Shown: positions 18,503-27,145, counted from the first letter of the stretch. The stretch is 64,000 nt of DNA from an uncultured Thermoleophilaceae bacterium (GCA_964455545.1 CAYVWQ010000013.1:2868-66867); one strand, 5' to 3'. Numbers and translations are program-made. Notes: generated by a model from the sequence alone, not told the origin.

Positions 18503-19252
18503 ATGAAGGTCGCTGACCCGCGCGGCGCTGATTCTCAGCCGGCGCCTCTGGCGCTGATCGCAGCGGGCGGCGAAGGCAAGCGCCTTGGGTCCATCGGGCC
18601 CAAGGCGCTCGTCGTTTGCGCCGGAAAGCCGCTGCTCGGGTGGTGTCTTGACGCGTTCGCGCGCTCATCGTCCTTCGGCAACGGCGCTGGGCTCGTCGTT
18701 GTCGCCGGCCATGAATCCGACCTTCAGGCCTTTGAGGGCGCATGCGAACCCGCGCGCGAGGCCGGTCTTAGAGTCGTTGTGACGGCCGGGGGTTCGAGCC
18801 GTTCGCACTCGGTCGCGGCGGCGCTCACGGCCGCTTTCGCCGCGACGGGGCAACAGGATCGCCCGGTGCTCGTGCACGACGCGGCGCGGATCTTCACGAC
18901 CCCCGAACTGATCGACGGGATCACCGCAGAACTGCTTGACGACGAGGGGGCGCAGGGGCTGGTCGCTGCAGCGCCCGTGACCGACACGATCAAGCAGGTC
19001 TCACAGAGCGGGACGGTCTACGCCACCCCCGCGCGCGAATCGCTCTGGGCGGTGCAGACGCCGCAGGCGTTCAGCGCCGATTGGCTCGCCCGGGCGCTCG
19101 GTGGTCCCGACGAGGTGCTTGAAAAGGCGACCGACGACGCTTCGCTCGTCGAAGACGCCGGCGGCGTCGTTCGCGTGTATCCGTGGACCGAATTCAACGG
19201 CAAGATCACGACCGCCGAGGACCTCGCGGCAGCGGAACGCCGTCTCAGCTGA
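18503..19252 (+). CDS. ispD: 2-C-methyl-D-erythritol 4-phosphate cytidylyltransferase
   Basis: IspD-type N-terminus (ALIAAGGEGKRLG), the VLVHDAAR motif and TPQAF. A GGGAGAGGG RBS lies upstream. Confidence 0.85.
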   Translation: MKVADPRGADSQPAPLALIAAGGEGKRLGSIGPKALVVCAGKPLLGWCLDAFARSSSFGNGAGLVVVAGHESDLQAFEGACEPAREAGLRVVVTAGGSSRSHSVAAALTAAFAATGQQDRPVLVHDAARIFTTPELIDGITAELLDDEGAQGLVAAAPVTDTIKQVSQSGTVYATPARESLWAVQTPQAFSADWLARALGGPDEVLEKATDDASLVEDAGGVVRVYPWTEFNGKITTAEDLAAAERRLS

Positions 19253-19631
19253 TCAGCCCACGCAGGGTCTGTTCGAGTTCGTCGATGTCGAACGGCTTGA
19301 CGAGATAGGCGTCAGCGCCGAGGTCGAGGCCGAGCAGGCGGTCCTGTTCCTCTCCGCGCGCCGTGAGCATCACAACTGGCATCTGGGCGGTGCGCGGATC
19401 GGTCTTCAGCTTCACGCAGAGTTCGTGCCCCTGAATCACCGGCATCACCCAGTCGAGCAGCGCGGCGTCGGGAAGCTCGGCGAGCGCCGTGTCCAGCGCG
19501 GCCTGACCGTCGGCCGCGGTGAGCACGTCAAATCCGCGCGTCCGAAGCCGTGTCTCGAGCAGTCCGAGGATGTCGGGATTGTCGTCGGCCACGAGCACGC
19601 GTGGTCGTCCGGATGTCTGTTCTTCCGTCAC
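19245..19631 (-). CDS. Single-domain response regulator (REC only)
   Basis: RVLVADDNPDI..DLALLDWVMP..LTARGEE..KPF receiver motifs. The GTG at 19631, with a GGGGAG RBS, is preferred because the 19673 start overlaps the divergent kinase gene. Confidence 0.75.
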   Translation of the reverse strand: MTEEQTSGRPRVLVADDNPDILGLLETRLRTRGFDVLTAADGQAALDTALAELPDAALLDWVMPVIQGHELCVKLKTDPRTAQMPVVMLTARGEEQDRLLGLDLGADAYLVKPFDIDELEQTLRGLIS

Positions 19632-19659
19632 CGTTCTCCCCTGATGTAAGAATAGGTAC

Positions 19660-21273
19660 ATGGCTACGGACACGCGCTTCCAGGCACCGGCCGGCGCAAC
19701 GCAGGCGTCGCCTGTCGCGGATCGCTTCAGCTTTCGCTCGCTGATCCGCTACGGAATCTGGCTGCAGGTCATCGTGATTGCGATCGTGCTGGGCGTGACG
19801 CTCTGGGGAGCGCTGCAGACGAAGTCGAAGTCTGAGATGCTGGCGCGCGAGACCTCGAACGTCCTTCTGCTGACCGGACAGAACCAGGAGTTCGAGCGCG
19901 CCCGCAAGGCGCTCCGTGAGCTCGCGAGCTCTGGCAGTGACCTCTCCGAAGGGGCGTTCCGACAGTCGGCTGCGCAGATCGCAACGATCTCGGCGACGCT
20001 TCAGATGAATCTGACTGGACCGGCCGTCGACCATGTCGACGAGCTCGGCAAGCAACAACTGCTGTATCTGAATGAGATCGGTGGGCGGGTCGCCGCCGCT
20101 GCCTCCGACGGAGACAGCGATGCCGCTCGGCAGGCGCTGCGCTCGGATCGGTCACTGGCTCTCCTGAATGAGATCACTGACACCAACGATCAAGTCGGAG
20201 CGGAGATCGCCGCTCGCCAGCGCGCCGCCGACGACGCGGTCTCGCAGCGCCAGGCGATCAATGCGGTCCTGGTCGTCGTCTCCGGCCTGATCATCCTCGC
20301 TACCGGCATCGGGTTGCTGATGTGGCTGCGTCGCCGAACCCTGGTCCCGCTCGAAGACCTTGCAGTTGCCGCGCGAAAGCTCGGTCACGGTGATCTTTCG
20401 GCTCGCGTCGAGCCCGGCGGCGTTGAGGAAATTGCGTTGTCGGGACAGGCTTTCAACCAGATGGCCGATGAGATCGAGCGCCACGTCGGACAGCTCCACG
20501 AGTTGTCTGTTGCGCGAAGCCGGTTCGTCTCCTCGGTTTCGCACGAGTTGCGCACGCCGATCACGTCGCTGCGCGGCTACCTCGAGCTGCTCGAACAGGG
20601 CGAAGCCGGCCCGTTGTCGGACGATCAGGAGCGGTACCTGCAGATCGCCGACCGCAACGCCCGCCAGCTCTCCGACCTGATCGACGACCTGCTCACGCTC
20701 TCGCGCGTTCAGAGCGGCCGCGTGGCCCTGCGCGTCAGCGAGGTGAACATCCGCGAGTTGCTGCGGGAGCTGAAGGCCGAGATGCTGCCGATCGGTGCCG
20801 AGCGCGGGGTCGACATCGTGCTGGTGGATACCGGCGAGCTGATCGTTTCCGGCGACACCATGCGGCTGCGACAGGCGTTCGGCAATCTGCTCAGCAACTC
20901 CGTCAAGTACAGCCGCGACGGCCAGGCGGTCGTGGTGCGTGCATTTGCCGTCAACCGGCAGGCGGTGATTTCGTTCGTCGACTGGGGAATGGGAATTCCG
21001 CGCGAAGATCTGCCACAGATTGCTGAGCCGTTCTTCCGTAGCGAACGCGCTGAAGGCGTTCCTGGCACCGGTCTCGGACTTGCGATCGCGAAGCAGATGA
21101 TCGAACTACACGGCGGGCGCCTCGCCGTCGAGAGCGAGGTCGGCAACGGCTCGACGTTCACGGTCTATCTGCCGCTGCAGGCAGCGACCGAACCGACCTC
21201 TCCCGGGAACCGGGTCGACGACCTGATCGCCGAGACTGCCGGGATCGAGTCCGCTACAACTACCGGCGACTGA
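19660..21273 (+). CDS. Sensor histidine kinase (TM-sensor-HAMP-HisKA-HATPase)
   Basis: H-box SHELRTPITSL, N-box LLSNSVKYS, G-boxes DWGMGIP and GTGLGLAI. Two hydrophobic segments flank a ~170-aa sensor region. Confidence 0.85.
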   Translation: MATDTRFQAPAGATQASPVADRFSFRSLIRYGIWLQVIVIAIVLGVTLWGALQTKSKSEMLARETSNVLLLTGQNQEFERARKALRELASSGSDLSEGAFRQSAAQIATISATLQMNLTGPAVDHVDELGKQQLLYLNEIGGRVAAAASDGDSDAARQALRSDRSLALLNEITDTNDQVGAEIAARQRAADDAVSQRQAINAVLVVVSGLIILATGIGLLMWLRRRTLVPLEDLAVAARKLGHGDLSARVEPGGVEEIALSGQAFNQMADEIERHVGQLHELSVARSRFVSSVSHELRTPITSLRGYLELLEQGEAGPLSDDQERYLQIADRNARQLSDLIDDLLTLSRVQSGRVALRVSEVNIRELLRELKAEMLPIGAERGVDIVLVDTGELIVSGDTMRLRQAFGNLLSNSVKYSRDGQAVVVRAFAVNRQAVISFVDWGMGIPREDLPQIAEPFFRSERAEGVPGTGLGLAIAKQMIELHGGRLAVESEVGNGSTFTVYLPLQAATEPTSPGNRVDDLIAETAGIESATTTGD

Positions 21274-21295
21274 AATCGAACCGGCACATGGCCGG

Positions 21296-22135
21296 ATGCC
21301 CACGAAAGCGATGCTGACCGACTACCACGTGCACCTGCGCCCCGACGGCGACGGATCAGAATTCGAGAAGTACATGACGGCCGAGAACGCCGACCGCTAT
21401 CGCGCGGCCGCCGAGGAAGCCGGCGTCGCCGAACTCGGTGCCAGCGAGCACATCTATCGCTTCAAACAGGCGCTGGCTGTGTGGGATCACCCGCTCTGGG
21501 AGACATGGGCGCTCGACGATCTCGATGAGTACGCCGACTTCGTGCGCTCGACCGACCTGAAACTCGGGATCGAGGCCGACTACGTCGCCGGCCGCGAGGA
21601 GCAGATCGCTGAGCTGTTGGCGACGCAGGAGTGGGACTACGTGCTGGGATCGGTGCACTTCCTCAAGCAGGCGGCGCTCGACATGGAGCAGTACGACATC
21701 TGGAAGGAATCGCTCTCGCCCGACGAGATCTGGAAGCAGTACTTTCTCACGCTTGCCGACGCCGCACGGACGGGGTTGTACGACATCATGTCCCACCCGG
21801 ATCTCGTGAAGATCTGGGGCGCGAACCGTCCGGCGCCGAGCGGAGATCTGCGCTTCTACTACGAGCCGGCCGTGGAGGCGTTCGCCGAGGCCGGCGTGAC
21901 CGTCGAGATGTCGACCGCAGGGCTGCGCAAGCCGATCGGCGAGATCTACCCGGCCCCGGCCTTCATCGACATGTGTCTCGACGCCGGCCTCAAGTTCGCC
22001 TTGTCCTCCGACGCTCACGAACCGATGTACGTCGGTCACGGCTACGAGCAGGCGACCGAGTTGCTTGCTGCGCACGGCATAACCGAGATCGCGACTTTCT
22101 CGAATCGTGAGCGCACGATGGAGCCGGTGGGCTGA
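21296..22135 (+). CDS. PHP-family histidinol-phosphatase-like protein (HisJ/HisK type)
   Basis: N-terminal DYHVHL metal motif, plus SVHF, SHPD and SSDAH motifs typical of PHP phosphoesterases. Confidence 0.7.
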   Translation: MPTKAMLTDYHVHLRPDGDGSEFEKYMTAENADRYRAAAEEAGVAELGASEHIYRFKQALAVWDHPLWETWALDDLDEYADFVRSTDLKLGIEADYVAGREEQIAELLATQEWDYVLGSVHFLKQAALDMEQYDIWKESLSPDEIWKQYFLTLADAARTGLYDIMSHPDLVKIWGANRPAPSGDLRFYYEPAVEAFAEAGVTVEMSTAGLRKPIGEIYPAPAFIDMCLDAGLKFALSSDAHEPMYVGHGYEQATELLAAHGITEIATFSNRERTMEPVG

Positions 22136-22139
22136 CACC

Positions 22140-22628
22140 TTGACCGCCTGGCCTCGCACCGGTCTCGGCTGGGACACGCATCAGTTCGTCGATGGTCGGC
22201 CGCTGGTGATCGGCGGGGTGACGATCGAGCATCCGCGCGGGCTGCTCGGACACTCGGACGCCGACGTCTTGACTCACGCCGTCTGTGACGCCGTGCTCGG
22301 CGCTGCCGGACTCGGCGACATCGGCGCGCACTTCCCGGACACCGACCCCGAGTGGAAGGGCGCCGATTCGGTGGCGCTGCTCGCCCGCTGCGCCGAGATG
22401 GTTCGCGAACGTTCGCTCTCGGTGGTGAACGTCGACGCGACAGTGATCGCTGAGGAGCCGTTGATGGGCGGGCACCGCGCCCAGATGGTCTTCAACCTCG
22501 CGCAGGCCTTGGGGGTAACCGACGTCGACGTGAACGTGAAATTCACTCGCGGCGAGGGGATGGGCTACCTCGGCCGCGCCGAAGGCGTCGCCGCGCTCGC
22601 GATCGCAACTCTGGCTCCGTCAGCATGA
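22140..22628 (+). CDS. ispF: 2-C-methyl-D-erythritol 2,4-cyclodiphosphate synthase
   Basis: GLGWDTHQF..GHSDADVLTHAV.DA..GA...GDIG..FP motifs. The TTG at 22140 lies just after the upstream stop; the GTG at 22107 is an alternative. Confidence 0.85.
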   Translation: MTAWPRTGLGWDTHQFVDGRPLVIGGVTIEHPRGLLGHSDADVLTHAVCDAVLGAAGLGDIGAHFPDTDPEWKGADSVALLARCAEMVRERSLSVVNVDATVIAEEPLMGGHRAQMVFNLAQALGVTDVDVNVKFTRGEGMGYLGRAEGVAALAIATLAPSA

Positions 22629-23803
22629 GCGTCCCGGTGCGGGCACGCTTCGCGCCTTCGCCCACCGGCGAGCTGCACGTCGGCTCTGCGCGCACCGCCC
22701 TCTTGAACTGGCTGTTCGTTCGCCACGCAGGCGACGACGCGAGGCTCTTGCTGCGCTTCGACGACACCGACACTGAGCGTTCGTCGGCGACGCTCGAATC
22801 ATCGATCCTGCGAGACCTCGAGTGGCTCGGGCTCGACTTCGACGACGGGCCGGTTCGTCAGTCGGACCGTTTCGGCCGTTACGCCGAGGCGTTGGCGGAG
22901 CTGCCGGTGACCCGTCGAGACGGCGCCTACGAGTTCGAAGGCCGCGTGATCGCGCGTTCGGACGGCTCGCCGCTGTACCACCTGGCGACGGCCGTCGACG
23001 ACATCGACGATGACATCACGCACGTGCTGCGCGGGCGTGATCACCTACCGAACGTCGACCTACAGGTCGCGCTGATCCGCGCGCTCGGCGCCGAGCCGCC
23101 GGAGTATGTGCACGCGCCGCTGCTGGTGATGCCCGGTGGATCGAAGGTGTCAAAGCGCGAGGGAATTGAGGAGTTCACGCTCGAGGCGCTGCGGCGCAAC
23201 GGCTTTCCGGCTTCCGCCGTATGCAACGCGCTGGCTCTGTCGCTCGCCGACTTCGGCATCGAGGAGGTGATGCTCGAACTCGACGAGATGGCGGCGCGAT
23301 TTGAGATCGATCGGTTGCATTCGGCCGACTCGGAGTTCGACGTCTCGAAGCTGCGCTGGATCTCGGCGCAGCACATCAAGGCACTCGACGCCTCGTCGCT
23401 CGCCGGTTTCCTGGCCGAGTTCGGCGGCGGGTCACTACCGGAAGCCGCGGTCGAGGCGGCCCGGACCGACGGGCATACGTTTGTGGAGTGCGCCGAAGTT
23501 GCGCGCGGTCTGGTCGATCCGCCGCCGCCGGATGTCGACGCGAGGCTGGCGATCGGCGCGCCGGAAACCGCAGTTGCTCTCGCTGCCTTGGAGGCCCTGG
23601 TGCCGGAATGGCCTATCGATCTCGACGAAGCGCGAGGCGTCTTCGACGCGCTGAAAGAGCAACTTCGCGCCGACGGGGTTTCGCTCGCTTCTGCGCTGCA
23701 CGGACTCAGGTCGCTCTTCACCGGCCGCGTTCAGGGGCCGGAGTTCCCGTACCTGCTGGCGTGCGTAACTCCCGAGAGGTGGCGCGCGGCGCACGGCGAA
23801 TAG
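22625..23803 (+). CDS. gltX: Glutamyl-tRNA synthetase family protein, unusually short (392 aa)
   Basis: HIGH-type motif (PSPTGELHVGSART), RFDDTDTERS, YHLATAVDD and KMSKS-type KVSKR. The start overlaps the ispF stop (ATGA). About 60-80 residues appear to be missing relative to canonical GluRS (see findings). Confidence 0.7.
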   Translation: MSVPVRARFAPSPTGELHVGSARTALLNWLFVRHAGDDARLLLRFDDTDTERSSATLESSILRDLEWLGLDFDDGPVRQSDRFGRYAEALAELPVTRRDGAYEFEGRVIARSDGSPLYHLATAVDDIDDDITHVLRGRDHLPNVDLQVALIRALGAEPPEYVHAPLLVMPGGSKVSKREGIEEFTLEALRRNGFPASAVCNALALSLADFGIEEVMLELDEMAARFEIDRLHSADSEFDVSKLRWISAQHIKALDASSLAGFLAEFGGGSLPEAAVEAARTDGHTFVECAEVARGLVDPPPPDVDARLAIGAPETAVALAALEALVPEWPIDLDEARGVFDALKEQLRADGVSLASALHGLRSLFTGRVQGPEFPYLLACVTPERWRAAHGE

Positions 23804-23816
23804 GCTTGAGCCGCCT

Positions 23817-25175
23817 ATGCGCGACATCAAGCTCTACGACACCCTCACCAACTCAGTCCAGCCGCTTCAGGTCCGCGACCCGGGCAAGGTCGCGATCTAC
23901 GCCTGCGGTCCCACGGTCTACTCGCGTATCCACATCGGCAACGCGCGGCCGTACGTCGTCTTCATGTTGCTCAAGCGTTACCTCGAGCACGAGGGATACG
24001 AGGTGAAGTTCGCCGCGAACGTCACGGACATCAACGACAAGATCTACGTCGCCGCACGTGAGGCCGGCGTCCACAGCGCGAAGCTCGCAGCCGAGATGAC
24101 GCAGGCGTACTTCGACGACACCGGCGCACTCGGCCTCGGCCGTCCCGACGCCGAGCCCCTCGCCACCGAGACCGTTCCCGAGATCGTCAACCTGATCGAG
24201 GCGCTGATCGAACGCGGCCACGCGTATGAGAGCGGGGGGGATGTCTACTTCTCGGTCCCTTCGTACGACCGCTACGGCGAGCTCTCCAACCGCGATCCCG
24301 AGCAGATGGATCAGGGCGAGGAGGACAACTCTTTGAAGCGCGACGCGCGTGACTTCGCGCTTTGGAAGACCCAGAAGCCGGACGAGGACACCGCCTGGCC
24401 GTCGCCGTGGGGCGAGGGCCGCCCCGGCTGGCACATCGAGTGCTCGGCGATGAGCGAGACGATCCTCGGCGTCGATTTCGACATCCATGGCGGCGGGATC
24501 GACCTCGTGTTCCCGCACCACGAGAACGAATGCGCCCAGACATACGCCGGCCGCGGCGCGCCGCTGGCCCGCATCTGGATGCACAACGGGATGCTGCGCT
24601 TCTCCGGCGAGAAGATGTCGAAGTCGCTCGGCAACATCCTCGCGCTGCACGAGGCGCTTGAGGACTACAGCGCGCCGACGCTGATCATGTATTTCGTCTC
24701 CGGTCACTATCGCGCGCCGATCGAGTGCACGCCTGAGACGCTCGGCCAGGCGGCGACCAACGTTGAGCGTCTGCGTGAGATCGCCGCGCGACTCGACCCG
24801 GAAGCCGGCGACGAAGCGCTCTTGTCGGTGCTCGAACGCTTCTACTCGGCGCTGGCCGACGACTTCAACACTCCTGCCGCGATGGCGGAAATCTGGGGTT
24901 GGGTGCGTGAGGCGAACCGTCGACTCGACGGCGGCGAGACCGTTGGCGGGGTTGAAGCGCTGCGCGAGGCGCTGACCGTGCTCGGGCTTGAGACCGTTTT
25001 CGAGGCGAGCTCAGCCGAGGCTCCGGAGGCCGCGGTTGTTCTGCTCGACGCCCGTCAGCGCGCCCGTGCGGAGAAGGACTTCGAGCGCGCCGACGCACTC
25101 CGCGATGAGCTCCTGGCGATGGGCTGGGAGATCCGGGACACGGCCGAGGGGCCGGTCCTGAAGCCGACTAGCTGA
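23817..25175 (+). CDS. cysS: Cysteinyl-tRNA synthetase
   Basis: HIGNARPYVVF (HIGH), GWHIECS, HHENE and KMSKSLGN motifs. Confidence 0.92.
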   Translation: MRDIKLYDTLTNSVQPLQVRDPGKVAIYACGPTVYSRIHIGNARPYVVFMLLKRYLEHEGYEVKFAANVTDINDKIYVAAREAGVHSAKLAAEMTQAYFDDTGALGLGRPDAEPLATETVPEIVNLIEALIERGHAYESGGDVYFSVPSYDRYGELSNRDPEQMDQGEEDNSLKRDARDFALWKTQKPDEDTAWPSPWGEGRPGWHIECSAMSETILGVDFDIHGGGIDLVFPHHENECAQTYAGRGAPLARIWMHNGMLRFSGEKMSKSLGNILALHEALEDYSAPTLIMYFVSGHYRAPIECTPETLGQAATNVERLREIAARLDPEAGDEALLSVLERFYSALADDFNTPAAMAEIWGWVREANRRLDGGETVGGVEALREALTVLGLETVFEASSAEAPEAAVVLLDARQRARAEKDFERADALRDELLAMGWEIRDTAEGPVLKPTS

Positions 25176-25872
25176 TTCCGCGCGAGCGAAGCACGGCGTA
25201 GATCAGCACCGCGGTCGCGGTGCTGACGTTGAGTGACTCGACCTTGCCCCGCTGGGGGATCGAGATCAGCGCGTCGCAGGTCTTGGCGACCTTCGGTCTC
25301 ATCCCGCGGCCCTCGGATCCGACCACGATCACGACCTTGCCGGAGTAGTCGGGCTGGTCGTATTTCATGTCGCCGTCGGCCGCGGCGCCATAGACCCAGG
25401 CGTCCTGCTCCTTGGCGGCGGTGAGAAAATCAGAGATGTTGCCGACCCGGGCGATCTTCAGGTGTTCGACGGCGCCGGCGCTCGATTTGCAGGCTGTGGG
25501 GGTGATCTCGGCGGAGCGTCGTTCGGCGATCACCATCCCGGTCGCACCGGCCGACTCGGCGACGCGGGCGAGCGCCCCGAGGTTGTGCGGGTCCTGGATC
25601 TCGTCGAGCACAAGCACCAACGCGTCATCGGGCGTGAGCAGTTCGTTGGCGTTCGCGTAGACGTAGTCAGAGACCTCGGCGACGATGCCCTGGTGGTCCG
25701 GGGTCCCGGAGAGCGACTCGAGCTCGTCTCCCTGAGCGCGTGAGATCTCGATGCCGGCCGTGAGCTCGCGCAGCCACGCTTCCTTTTCAGCGGCCTGGGT
25801 AGCCCAGACCCGCGACACGGTGCGAGGGCCGCGAAGCGCCTCGCGAACGGGGTTTCGTCCGTAGAGAATCAT
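25168..25872 (-). CDS. rlmB: TrmH/SpoU-family 23S rRNA 2'-O-methyltransferase (RlmB-like)
   Basis: GRNPVREAL N-terminus, LDEIQDPHNLGALARVAE and SLNVSTA motifs. The start is ATG 25872 inside the longer ORF. The stop overlaps the cysS stop (CTAGCTGA). Confidence 0.8.
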   Translation of the reverse strand: MILYGRNPVREALRGPRTVSRVWATQAAEKEAWLRELTAGIEISRAQGDELESLSGTPDHQGIVAEVSDYVYANANELLTPDDALVLVLDEIQDPHNLGALARVAESAGATGMVIAERRSAEITPTACKSSAGAVEHLKIARVGNISDFLTAAKEQDAWVYGAAADGDMKYDQPDYSGKVVIVVGSEGRGMRPKVAKTCDALISIPQRGKVESLNVSTATAVLIYAVLRSRGIS

Positions 25873-25928
25873 CGCGAGCAGGGTAATGGCCCTGAATCCG
25901 CTCGACTCTGGATGTTCATGCGGAAATC

Positions 25929-25966
25929 CTTCCAATCGACCGCCCCGCGGGATGGTCGATTGGAAG
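25929..25966. repeat. Perfect 13-bp inverted repeat with a 12-nt spacer in the rlmB/sigma divergent region
   Basis: CTTCCAATCGACC (25929-25941) and GGTCGATTGGAAG (25954-25966). The spacer contains the palindrome CCCGCGGG. Confidence 0.6.
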
Positions 25967-26302
25967 ATCTGCCGCACGGGTGAGCGCGCACTCCTATGGC
26001 AGCGCGAAACGCGCAAATACCGCCCTTATCTGCAATCCACCATGCAGTTCCGACCCCGGACCCCATGGTTTTCATAAAAGCGCAATAATTGCCGTCCGAC
26101 AGTAAACCTAAAGTCCAGCTTCAGGTTTGAGGTCCCGGCGCAGCCGGCCTCGGGCCAGACACACAAGTTGGACCTGTTGGACATAGGAAGATCCATTTGA
26201 CGCAGGTTGGGAGGCATGCGTCACGACCACAATGGGGATCTGCCCAAGAATCCAAGGGATCAAACCCTTGGTTTGCAGGCATTTCTTCGAATTGGAGGCA
26301 AC

Positions 26303-27055
26303 GTGACCAGTGCATCCCAGGCAGTCGCTGTAAACGAAGAACAGTTGGAACTGGAGGCCCTCGAGGCCGCCGCAGAACAGGAAGAGCTCGCGCCGCGCAC
26401 GAACGCCGGACGCATCCGCCAAAAGGCTAAAGCTCTACCTGAGGTTGATGATCACTACTTGATCGCCCTCGCCAAGTCTGGAAACTCCGAGGCGTACGAG
26501 ATGGTGGTGAAGCGCTACTACGGATTCGTCCGTTTGAAGGCGTCCTCGTACTTCCTGATCGGCGGAGACTCTGACGATCTGATCCAGGAAGGTCTCGTCG
26601 GCCTGTACAAGGCGATCCGTGACTACCGGACCGACCGCGAGAGCTCATTCCGCAACTTCGCCGAGCTCTGCATCACGCGCCAGATCATCACGGCCGTCAA
26701 GACCAGCACCCGCAACAAGCACGCGCCTCTGAACCAGTACGTGTCGTTCAACTCGCCGCCGGGCGCCAGCGACGACGATGGCGACCAGACGCTCGACGAG
26801 ATGCTCCCCGGAAGTCACGTGCATGACCCCGTCGTGCAGGTGATCAGCTCCGAAGAGCTCGGAAGCCTTGTCGACTGCCTGAGCACCAGTCTCAGTGACC
26901 TCGAGGGCGACGTTCTTCGCCTGTACCTCGACGGCTACTCGTACGAGCAGATCGGTGAGAAGCTCGGCTGCGACGCGAAGACCGTCGACAACGCCCTTCA
27001 GCGCGTCAAGCGCAAGGTCGGTGGGCACCTCGAGGAGCGCAACGTCATCCTCTAA
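26303..27055 (+). CDS. sigH: Sigma-70 family factor closely resembling Firmicute sigma-H (Spo0H)
   Basis: Blocks YFLIGGDSDDLIQEGLVGLYKAIRDY, FAELCITRQIITAVKTSTRNKHAPLNQY, LYLDGYSYEQIG and DNALQRVKRKV match my recollection of B. subtilis SigH. The GTG at 26303 follows GGAGG (26294-26298). Upstream in-frame codons (TTG 26207 / ATG 26216) have visibly low GC3. Confidence 0.8.
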   Translation: MTSASQAVAVNEEQLELEALEAAAEQEELAPRTNAGRIRQKAKALPEVDDHYLIALAKSGNSEAYEMVVKRYYGFVRLKASSYFLIGGDSDDLIQEGLVGLYKAIRDYRTDRESSFRNFAELCITRQIITAVKTSTRNKHAPLNQYVSFNSPPGASDDDGDQTLDEMLPGSHVHDPVVQVISSEELGSLVDCLSTSLSDLEGDVLRLYLDGYSYEQIGEKLGCDAKTVDNALQRVKRKVGGHLEERNVIL

Positions 27056-27096
27056 GGCCCGGCGGGGTCACCCCGCAATCCCGCATCAGTACTGAA

Positions 27097-27135
27097 GAAA
27101 CGGCCGTCGCGCGCCTGGGGTGCGGCGGCCGTTTC
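27097..27135. terminator. Bidirectional intrinsic terminator between the sigma gene and the ABC-2 permease
   Basis: GAAACGGCCG (27097-27106) pairs with CGGCCGTTTC (27126-27135), with further internal pairing. T-rich tails are present on both strands. Confidence 0.55.
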
Positions 27136-27145
27136 GTGTTCTGGC

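Noticed and set aside
26207-26302. N-terminal extension of the sigma-H-like gene (TTG 26207 / ATG 26216)
   Set aside because: Third-position GC in these ~30 codons is roughly half, versus strongly GC-rich downstream. The ATG at 26216 is only 1 nt from its GGAGG. The region also forms a hairpin. The GTG at 26303 with GGAGG is more plausible, though unproven.
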